Shown: positions 24,860 through 32,000 of the stretch, in pieces
How the letters are laid out: each line of letters opens with the position of its first letter
Position numbering within the stretch: position 1 is the first letter of the stretch
Origin: Promethearchaeum syntrophicum
Lineage (GTDB): Archaea > Asgardarchaeota > Lokiarchaeia > Sigyniarchaeales > Promethearchaeaceae
Assembly: GCF_008000775.2 (NCBI RefSeq)
Contig: NZ_CP042905.2
Location: 2,430,001-2,462,000, forward strand
DNA length: 32,000 nt
Direction of reading: 5' to 3'
Translations under genes and position numbers: made by a program
The notes under the pieces: generated by a model
Told to the model about the DNA's origin: nothing
The model's database searches: none
Seen by the model: the letters and a program-made list of their open reading frames with translations, nothing else

Positions 24860-26068
24860 ATGTCTTCTATCAAACCTAATGTTCTACAAAATAATATTAT
24901 TAAAATTGCTTTGGCTGATTTTTTTTATAATTTTGGCTTGATTTGGGCAATTTATATTTTATATTTCAGGTTTTTAACTTATAGTTTTCAAGATATCGGA
25001 TTATTTGAAGCAATTACGTCCATAACAATAATTTTTACCGAATTAGCAACAGGATCGCTAGCAGATATAATCGGAAGGAGAAATACCGTAATATTGGGTA
25101 ATTTATCAATGTTAATTTTTGCGCTTGTATTAGGTTTGGGTAGTGGAGGAACTTATATATTGCTAGTTGCTGGAATTTTTAGCGGATTAGATTTTTCCTT
25201 TCGTTCGGGAGCTCGTACAGCATTGCTATATGATACTATGGTTAATCTAAATCGCGCAGATAATTTTCTAAAAGTGAGTGGTAAGATCCACGCATTATCC
25301 CTTATTTCAAAAATGGCAGGTATGATACTAGGAAGTTTCCTTTTCCTTATCAATCCTCGGATACCATATTGGATTTGGAGCGGATTTTTAATTATATCAA
25401 TTTTTATTCTAATATTCGTGAAAGAACCAAGAACAGAAAAAATTCAATTGAAAATATCTGAATTATGGAAACACATGGTAACTGGCGTCAAATATATTTT
25501 TAAAAATGCTAGCTTATTGTGGTTAACTGCTTTCTTTTTAGTGGCAAATGCTTTTCCGGAAGCTTATTGGGATATTTACAGTCAAGAACACATGGTTACC
25601 CTTGACCTACCTACTAAGTGGATTGGGATCATATTTGCACTATTAACTGGTTTCAGCAGTTTAGCTTCTTACTTCATTTCGGAAATTGAACAGCGACTCG
25701 GTGAAAAAGTTTTACTCCTTCTAATCATTGTAATCCAAAGTATACTATTTTTATTTATGATTATTACTAAACAATGGTATTGGTTATTGATAATTCTCTT
25801 CTTGTTAACAATTATTAGAAATTTCTCATCACTCTTGGAAGAAAATTATAGTAATAAATTAATTCCATCATCTATGCGAGCAGGTGTGCTTTCTGCAGCA
25901 AGCTTTCTTAGAAACGGTCTTTTCGGAGGTTGGTTAATTATTTGGATGTATGGAGTTCTAATCGATTCTATCGGAATTAGATACGTTTTATTGATTTCTG
26001 CAACCCTAGTTTTATTTTTTGGTTTAACAATGATTTTGCTACGAAAATATAAAAACAACCATAAATAA
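24860..26068 (+). CDS. MFS transporter
   Basis: 402 aa with about 12 hydrophobic helices. The loop 2-3 motif is GSLADIIGRRNTVILG (D-x-x-G-R-R). Confidence 0.8.
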   Translation: MSSIKPNVLQNNIIKIALADFFYNFGLIWAIYILYFRFLTYSFQDIGLFEAITSITIIFTELATGSLADIIGRRNTVILGNLSMLIFALVLGLGSGGTYILLVAGIFSGLDFSFRSGARTALLYDTMVNLNRADNFLKVSGKIHALSLISKMAGMILGSFLFLINPRIPYWIWSGFLIISIFILIFVKEPRTEKIQLKISELWKHMVTGVKYIFKNASLLWLTAFFLVANAFPEAYWDIYSQEHMVTLDLPTKWIGIIFALLTGFSSLASYFISEIEQRLGEKVLLLLIIVIQSILFLFMIITKQWYWLLIILFLLTIIRNFSSLLEENYSNKLIPSSMRAGVLSAASFLRNGLFGGWLIIWMYGVLIDSIGIRYVLLISATLVLFFGLTMILLRKYKNNHK

Positions 26069-26096
26069 TCTCCATTTGACATTTGAGTTGTTTTTA

Positions 26097-27503
26097 ATGA
26101 AAAAAACTAAAGTAATAATTGAAAATCTCCACATAAATGGTGATGACGGATCTCTAATACCCATCAAATTACCTAAAAATCAACAAAAATCCTTTAAGGA
26201 CACTATACAAATTGCTGTTAACAATATTTTTGATGGATTTGGTGGTGGAAAGCAATTACTTAAATCTAAAAAGAATGTCTATATAAAACCTAACGGTATA
26301 GACACAAAACCTTACTGTCATACAAGATCTGAAGTGGTTGAGGCAGTAATAAGATATTTCTTTGATGCTGGGGCTGAAAATATATATATTTTTGAAAATT
26401 GTACTCAAACCGGGTTTACACGAATTATTTTTCACGTTCTTGGATATACAAAAATGTGTAAAAAAACGGGGGCAAAACCCATATATCTGGATGAAGAAAA
26501 AGTAGTGAAGGAATATGAATTCAAAGGAAGTGGTAATGAACAATATGATCTTTCTACTTTTGGAGTATCTGAAACAGTAGGAAGAGAATTAATTGATAAT
26601 AGAGATAATAATTTATATATTAGTTTGCCGAAGTTAAAAACTCATTCAATGGCAGGAGTTACGCTTGGTATAAAGAATCAATGGGCTTTTCCTAAACATT
26701 TCGATCGGAAATTTGATCACAATTATAATTTACATTCAAAATTAATTGATGTCTTAGAAATAATTCAACCTGATTTCACGCTAATTGATGGTGTAGAAGG
26801 AACAACTCATGGTCATTATCCCCCTAAAGCATTGGTCAATGATATAGTTAAACCTTTCCGGATTTTGATTGGTGGTCAAGATGTGATTGCTACAGATTTA
26901 GTTGGAGCACGTGTTTTTGGTCTTGGACCTGAAGATGTCCCACATTTGAAAATTGCTATTGAGAGAAATTTAGGAGTTGGGATCAAAAACTTGGATGATA
27001 TTGAGATTATTGGAGATTTATCTAAATTTAATGAGAAATACTCTTATGATTTAGTTAATAAATTTCCAGAAGACGTTAATATTATCTCAGGAAAAGAATT
27101 GTGGTGTCGTGAAGGTTGTAAGAATAATCCACTCTCTCTGTTACAGATATTTTATTTAGATTATAACGGAAAAGGTGGATTTGATATGGTGGCAGGGAAA
27201 GGGTTTGATCTCGATGAAATTGATAATTTAAAAGGTCCAGTTTTTGTAGCTGGACATTGTGCAATTGAAGAGGTAGGAGAAAGGTTATTACAAAGATTAG
27301 GTAAAAAGAAAGTATATTTTTCTGATGGTTGTAATAATTTAGGCCAATCTACTGCAGCTTTATGTCATTTAATGGGAGTGAATGTTTTAGATCTTGTCCC
27401 TATAAATCCATTCATATCAGTAAAATTGTTAATACAAGCTAAATTACATAAAACTCATGCGAATATTCCTTCTTTTCTATCCAAGTGGATTAAAACTGTT
27501 TAG
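26097..27503 (+). CDS. DUF362 domain protein
   Basis: ORF track starts at TTG 26076; the ATG at 26097 gives MKKTKVII. Matching segments are VYIKPNGID...HTRSEVVEAVIRYFFDAGAENIYIFE, LPKLKTHSMAGVTLGIKNQWAF and FTLIDGVEGTTHG. These fit the DUF362 pattern. The C-terminal third carries several Cys (WCREGC, GHCAIEE, DGCNN...LCH). Confidence 0.7.
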   Translation: MKKTKVIIENLHINGDDGSLIPIKLPKNQQKSFKDTIQIAVNNIFDGFGGGKQLLKSKKNVYIKPNGIDTKPYCHTRSEVVEAVIRYFFDAGAENIYIFENCTQTGFTRIIFHVLGYTKMCKKTGAKPIYLDEEKVVKEYEFKGSGNEQYDLSTFGVSETVGRELIDNRDNNLYISLPKLKTHSMAGVTLGIKNQWAFPKHFDRKFDHNYNLHSKLIDVLEIIQPDFTLIDGVEGTTHGHYPPKALVNDIVKPFRILIGGQDVIATDLVGARVFGLGPEDVPHLKIAIERNLGVGIKNLDDIEIIGDLSKFNEKYSYDLVNKFPEDVNIISGKELWCREGCKNNPLSLLQIFYLDYNGKGGFDMVAGKGFDLDEIDNLKGPVFVAGHCAIEEVGERLLQRLGKKKVYFSDGCNNLGQSTAALCHLMGVNVLDLVPINPFISVKLLIQAKLHKTHANIPSFLSKWIKTV

Positions 27504-27719
27504 GTTTATTGCTTTTTTTTAGGTTGATTTACGAATTGAAATTCATCAAGAACTAGTAATGTTTTCACTATTCAAAGATAATTAAAAAATTTTTAATCTA
27601 ATCTCCTTTTATCTTAATTATATGGAAACTTAAGGTCGGTAATAACAAATCCCCTTATGTAGGAATTAAATTTTACAAGTAAAATAAATTAACATGCAAG
27701 AATATCGGTGATTTAACAT

Positions 27720-29000
27720 ATGGAAAATCAAGAAATAACAAAAAATTATAAAAAGCGTCGAATGAGATTATTGGAAATAATGGGTGAAGGATTGGCTTTC
27801 ATAACAACATCTTATGCTTCTCCGGATGTATTACTGTACGACAAGAATCTTCAATATTTAGTAGGAAAAATTCCTAATGATGCTGTGTTATTGATGGCAC
27901 CTAAAGGAATTGTAATAGATAGATTTGAAACACATAACGGTCCGAAGGTGGGAAGAGGAAGAAAAGTTCAAGAAGTATTATTCGTCCGTAATTTGCTTGA
28001 ACAGGAAAAAATCATAAATGGTGAGGGACATTCCATAAGTAATCTGCAAGAAGAGAAAGGGATTGAAGTGGTTAAATCTCTAAAAGATTTGAATGCTGTG
28101 TTGAAGAGTAACTTAGTTAATGAAAATATTCTATGGGTTAATGTAGCAAATTCTCCTAATCTCAATAAACCACTCACGCCTAATTTAATTAAAATAAATC
28201 AGATTCGAGATCGCTTCTCATGGTTACAGATAAAAAATTGTGCTCCATTAATACATAATATGCGCTGGGTAAAGGAACCAATCGAAATCGAATATTTACG
28301 AAATGCTTTTCAAATCCATAGTGAAATTTTTACTAAGATAATGCAAGCTCTGAAACCCAGAGAAAATGAAAGTCTGGGTAAAGCCATTTACGATTATGAA
28401 ATCGGAATTCGTCCCCCTAAAAAAGTTCGGGGTGATTGGCAGGATCGTTATGTGGCAAATATAATTGTAGCTGCCGGCAAAAACAGTGCAATTGCACACT
28501 ATATGGACAATAATCAAACAATTCAAGATGGAGATCTGATTCTCATCGATGCTGGTGTGGAATACAACGGTTATTGTTCTGATATCAGCCGAACCTTTCC
28601 TGCAAATGGAAAATTTACAGTTCGACAAAAGGAAATATATAAAATTGTATTAGAAGCTCAAAAAGCAGCAATTGCAGTTATGAAACCAGGTAAAACTGAA
28701 AAAGACGCTCATTATGCTGCTTATGAAGTTTTTAAGAAATATAATTTAGATAAATACGGATACGGAAGATGTGGACATAGTGTCGGTTTGAACATCCATG
28801 ATGCAACAGGATGGGGGATTGAAGAACATCCATTTGAACCAGGTGTTGTGGTTGTTATTGAACCTTTTATTGCTATTCCAGACGAAAATATCGGTATTCG
28901 GATTGAAGATGGCGTGTTAATTACTGAAAATGGTGCTGAAGTCCTACAAGGTCCAGTAAAAGAGATTGAAGATATCGAAGCCTTATGTAAACGAGATTAA
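27720..29000 (+). CDS. Xaa-Pro aminopeptidase/dipeptidase, peptidase family M24B with AMP_N-type N-terminal domain
   Basis: The metal-ligand motifs are HYMDNNQTIQDGDLILIDAGVEYNGYCSDISRTFP, GHSVGLNIHD, VVVIEP and IRIEDGVLIT. Confidence 0.9.
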   Translation: MENQEITKNYKKRRMRLLEIMGEGLAFITTSYASPDVLLYDKNLQYLVGKIPNDAVLLMAPKGIVIDRFETHNGPKVGRGRKVQEVLFVRNLLEQEKIINGEGHSISNLQEEKGIEVVKSLKDLNAVLKSNLVNENILWVNVANSPNLNKPLTPNLIKINQIRDRFSWLQIKNCAPLIHNMRWVKEPIEIEYLRNAFQIHSEIFTKIMQALKPRENESLGKAIYDYEIGIRPPKKVRGDWQDRYVANIIVAAGKNSAIAHYMDNNQTIQDGDLILIDAGVEYNGYCSDISRTFPANGKFTVRQKEIYKIVLEAQKAAIAVMKPGKTEKDAHYAAYEVFKKYNLDKYGYGRCGHSVGLNIHDATGWGIEEHPFEPGVVVVIEPFIAIPDENIGIRIEDGVLITENGAEVLQGPVKEIEDIEALCKRD

Positions 29001-29269
29001 AAGACTTTTTTTTAATCTGATATTTTATGTTAAAAATTTCTCACGCTGTTGTACCTTCGAGCTTAGATAGAAAAAATATTTCTTAAGGGCACTATGATGA
29101 ATTTATACCTGATAATGAAAAATTATTTTAGACTCAAATATGAGTATACATATTCTAAAAAAATATTGGAAAATTTGTAATAGCCTTAATTCAACTAATA
29201 GCAAACGTTATAAATACTTAGTGAAGACCAAATTTATTCTCCAGATAAATTTTGAAAAATGAATAAAAA

Positions 29270-29662
29270 ATGAGTGATACCAAATCTAAAAACTTAGGGC
29301 ACAGTTTAGTGATGGATGATGATCCGTTAATTCGTAAAACTATCCAATTACTGTTACTCAAACTCGGATTTGCTTCTACTTTAGTTAAAAATGGAGAAGA
29401 CGCGGTGAATCATTTTATTCAAGCCCAAAAAGACAAAAAACCTTTCAATTTTGTTATATTGGATTTGATCATTCCTGATGGAATGGGTGGAAAAGAAACT
29501 CTGGATAAAATCAGACAGATCGATCCAAACGTCAAAATTATTCTATCTAGCGGTTACAAAAAGGAAATTCTTGAGAATTATAAAGAATTGGGTTTCAATT
29601 CCATGTTAGAAAAACCTTATACCATTTCAGAACTTAAACAGGCAATTTCTGTTATTATTTAA
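29270..29662 (+). CDS. Single-domain response regulator (CheY-like receiver)
   Basis: Matching segments are VMDDDPLIRKTIQLLL, FVILDLIIPDGMGG (phospho-acceptor Asp), ILSSGY and LEKPY (conserved Lys). Confidence 0.9.
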   Translation: MSDTKSKNLGHSLVMDDDPLIRKTIQLLLLKLGFASTLVKNGEDAVNHFIQAQKDKKPFNFVILDLIIPDGMGGKETLDKIRQIDPNVKIILSSGYKKEILENYKELGFNSMLEKPYTISELKQAISVII

Positions 29663-29815
29663 TAAAAATTAAAATTTCTTGAGAATTACTTTGAAATTCC
29701 AGTATGATAACAAAAGAGAAATTATGAAATAAACAATGAATTGGGCCATTACTTTTTTTTTAATTTATATTTCAAGAAGCAAAAAGTTTTTTAATTTGTT
29801 TTGTGAATAAATAAA

Positions 29816-30127
29816 TTGATAGATTTGACAACGATCCTCCTAAAAAGTATTTTGAGCGAATTCGAAGATTTACCGGATGATATTAAAGAAAAACACAGCG
29901 AATCTCTACAAAATATCAAATCACTCATAAGTGATCTAATTAATTCCATTCAGAGTTCCCATAGTGTTTCATCAAGCATTTCAACTACAAATTCAAATGT
30001 TTTTAACTCTACCTCATCAGATGCCCCTCTAGAATTACAATTGGATGAATTAAAGTCAGAAATGTTAGATTCGCTTAAAAAGAATAAAAATGCAATCTCA
30101 TTAGATCATAAAAAAATGATTGATTAA
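29816..30127 (+). CDS. Hypothetical Ser-rich protein (TTG start only); weakly supported
   Basis: 103-aa ORF with no in-frame ATG near the 5' end. It has a low-complexity Ser/Asn segment flanked by amphipathic helices. No competing ORF exists on the other strand. Confidence 0.3.
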   Translation: MIDLTTILLKSILSEFEDLPDDIKEKHSESLQNIKSLISDLINSIQSSHSVSSSISTTNSNVFNSTSSDAPLELQLDELKSEMLDSLKKNKNAISLDHKKMID

Positions 30128-30131
30128 AGAT

Positions 30132-30863
30132 TTAGATATTAAGATCTGGGTTTGAATTACTATCTTTTAACCGATCAGGTTGCTTTTTAAGAGTATTATA
30201 TACGATAGGACCAATTAAAACAATAATAGAAAAGACACTATAAAATAATAGAAATGGATCCCCTAAATTAACTACATCTGAATCCCATGGTTCTATTGAT
30301 GTTTCGTAATCAATAGTATAGTTTTCTCCCGTAATTGTAATATTTACTCCATAAATCAGATCCCATCTCGGTTTACCTATGAGAAAATAATAATCCCCAT
30401 CTGGTAAGGTATAATTCTCATTTTCTTCAATATTTCTCTCATATATTTTAATTGTTGTATTATAATCATGAATTCCAGGTTTAATCTTATCGACACCTCC
30501 TGTCGAAGTGCCTTCTCCTGCGAAATTGTATATTGAAACATTTTCCAAATTTACGTTAATAGATGAAAAGTAAGAGGGCAGATATAGATCAAGATTAGCT
30601 CCATTAGGTTTTCCAGAATATGTAGTAAATGGGCCTGTATTGTATACTTGATAATCAACGACAAAGAAACATTCCGTATTATTTGATTCCAATCCAGTAA
30701 CTTGAAAATCTGTAATTCTGGAAGACATATTTGATGGAAATTCTAGTATGAATGTATTGCCATATTCAATTTGAATTCGGAAAGTTAAAAAAACCAGAAA
30801 CAAAGCAACAAACCTTAAGACAAAATTTCTTATATCCTTTTTCGATAATCTTATTTTTTTCAT
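30132..30863 (-). CDS. Hypothetical bitopic membrane protein with extracytoplasmic beta-rich domain (N- and C-terminal TM helices)
   Basis: ORF track starts at GTG 30872; the ATG at 30863 gives MKKIRLSKK. The TM helices are FVLRFVALFLVFLTF and FLLFYSVFSIIVLIGPIVY. The middle is rich in Asn/Tyr/Thr with several N-x-S/T sequons. It starts 12 nt after the DedA-like gene stop. Confidence 0.5.
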   Translation of the reverse strand: MKKIRLSKKDIRNFVLRFVALFLVFLTFRIQIEYGNTFILEFPSNMSSRITDFQVTGLESNNTECFFVVDYQVYNTGPFTTYSGKPNGANLDLYLPSYFSSINVNLENVSIYNFAGEGTSTGGVDKIKPGIHDYNTTIKIYERNIEENENYTLPDGDYYFLIGKPRWDLIYGVNITITGENYTIDYETSIEPWDSDVVNLGDPFLLFYSVFSIIVLIGPIVYNTLKKQPDRLKDSNSNPDLNI

Positions 30864-30874
30864 AAAAAACACTT

Positions 30875-31690
30875 TTATTTTGCTTTATTTTCCTTTCTTT
30901 TTTCTCTTAAATATGACAAAATATTTGCAAAAACCAACATTAAAACTAAAACACCGAAAATTACAAAGAAAATAGTGTTAAATTGCTTAGAAACCGATTC
31001 AAATTGATCTTGGGGTAATGTTTCAAGGAATGACGGTTTATTCCCGTCAAGCATACTATAACCTAAATAGGCATAAAAAATTGCTCTGGGAACCGAACCT
31101 ATCAATGTAGCTATATAATAATGTTTTGGTTTAATATTAGATATACCTGCTGCATAGCTAACAGGATCAAACATTATCACAGGCACAGCCCTACCAATAA
31201 CAATTGCCCAAAAACCCCAATTTTCAATCCATTCATCCATAATTGATATCATTCTATCTGCAAGACCGATTTTCTCACCAGTAGCTTCGAGTATAGAACG
31301 TCCTCCTCTATTTGAGACATAATATGTTATTGCAGCACTTAGCATTGATCCGATTATTCCAAGAATTACTCCCCACCAGAATCCAAATATCATTGCTCCT
31401 GAGAGTAATACCAGCTCGGAAGGAATTGGGGCAATTAAACTCTGAAGTACCATAAGGAAAAGAAAAATAAAAGCAGCCCAAAAACCAAGATCGAGTAATG
31501 GTAAAATAAAATATTTTCTAATATTTGTAAAAAGAAATGTGTTATCGATAATTGTTAGGATGAATACAATGATTGAGATAATAACGATTATTGTAAATGC
31601 AATAGCCATGAAGATTTTTTTTTTCGACCAATGAAAAAATTTTTTTCTAGAGACTTCTAGATCTTGGGAATTTTCAGATTTTAGTGTCAT
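30875..31690 (-). CDS. DedA/VTT-domain (TVP38/TMEM64, SNARE-associated) membrane protein
   Basis: Matching segments are LIAPIPSELVLLSGAMIFGFWWGVILGIIGSMLSAAITYYVSNRGGR and GFWAIVIGRAVPVIMFDPVSYAAGIS. These are the characteristic VTT-domain re-entrant loop motifs. Confidence 0.8.
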   Translation of the reverse strand: MTLKSENSQDLEVSRKKFFHWSKKKIFMAIAFTIIVIISIIVFILTIIDNTFLFTNIRKYFILPLLDLGFWAAFIFLFLMVLQSLIAPIPSELVLLSGAMIFGFWWGVILGIIGSMLSAAITYYVSNRGGRSILEATGEKIGLADRMISIMDEWIENWGFWAIVIGRAVPVIMFDPVSYAAGISNIKPKHYYIATLIGSVPRAIFYAYLGYSMLDGNKPSFLETLPQDQFESVSKQFNTIFFVIFGVLVLMLVFANILSYLREKRKENKAK

Positions 31691-32000
31691 TATTAATTTT
31701 CTAATTTAACCACATGATTTGAATTTATCTATATAATAGGGCATAATCTGTAAGAGTAAAAATTTGAGGTTAAACTTGCTTTTCTGTCAAAAATATCGTA
31801 GAACTAGTAGAGAAATTATTATATGAAATATTATTATATTATTAGTAATCTTTCTTCAAGGGGATAAAAAAATTAGAATTAGTAAGGATAGATCGGCAAA
31901 CGAGGTTTCGCAATCTGAAATTAGAACAATTTCGTATGATTCTCGTAAAAAATTTATAGCCGTTGGGGCATTTGAAGAACCTGTATTAATTTATCGTTAT

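Noticed and set aside
436-28628. Other short antisense or overlapping track ORFs: 436..639, 3296..3481, 7286..7483, 7619..7828, 10162..10401, 12795..12992, 14012..14236, 14079..14267, 15563..15877, 16203..16424, 16547..16843, 19509..19703, 22401..22664, 25153..25353, 25846..26082, 26256..26543, 27082..27264, 27968..28177, 28296..28628.
   Set aside because: Each is fully or largely contained in a longer opposite-strand ORF that has recognisable family motifs. None has a motif of its own.
29094-29150. Possible C/D-box sRNA in the 29001-29269 intergenic region (ATGATGA at 29094-29100, CTGA at 29109-29112).
   Set aside because: The spacer between box C and the putative D' is only 8 nt rather than about 12. 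No good terminal CUGA D box is present (CTCA instead), and there is no terminal stem. In AT-rich DNA such partial matches are expected by chance.
31827-32000. Plus-strand frame open from 31827 to the window end (translates ...EIRTISYDSRKKFIAVGAFEEPVLIYRY).
   Set aside because: No ATG, GTG or TTG occurs in that frame anywhere between the upstream stop (31824-31826) and the window edge. I therefore cannot support a CDS start, though it may be chance or use an atypical start.

Overview
The window is AT-rich (about 30% GC by eye), gene-dense chromosomal DNA from an archaeon. Evidence for archaeal origin is an archaeal-type uS10, eS25 (a ribosomal protein found only in archaea and eukaryotes), and a tRNA with a non-canonical intron. 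The eukaryote-like content is Bud23/WBSCR22-like methyltransferases, a Roadblock/longin-like protein and a VTT/DedA protein; with the many propeller surface proteins this fits an Asgard (Lokiarchaeia-like) genome, but that is inference only. I call 34 CDS (one truncated at the 5' edge, one 57-aa ORF absent from the supplied track), 2 tRNAs, and two intragenic 138-bp repeat arrays. I found no CRISPR array, transposase, integrase, phage genes or recognisable defence operon. Housekeeping content: rps10, rps25e, PiT phosphate transporter with DUF47/PhoU-like partner, a divergent kbl/tdh threonine-degradation pair, M24B Xaa-Pro peptidase, GNAT acetyltransferases, MFS transporter, alpha/beta hydrolase, DUF362 and a CheY-like receiver. 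Items worth follow-up: (1) two tandem type-I membrane proteins with 8-bladed PQQ/FG-GAP hybrid propellers, a conserved stalk and a shared C-terminal TFTF tail. (2) Two tandem, start/stop-overlapping cytoplasmic papain-fold (C39-like) cysteine peptidase paralogs. (3) A tandem pair of Bud23/WBSCR22-like methyltransferases between two ribosomal protein genes. (4) tRNA-Gly(CCC) with a 29-nt T-loop intron. (5) A solitary gamma-class N6-adenine methyltransferase with an NLPW catalytic motif. (6) An RCK-domain channel with a degenerate selectivity filter. (7) A BpsA (GDDD) homolog with an added zinc ribbon. The ORF track uses the most upstream ATG/GTG/TTG, so I moved several starts to the first ATG that gives a sensible N-terminus. 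All functional calls rest on motif recognition by eye; no searches were run.
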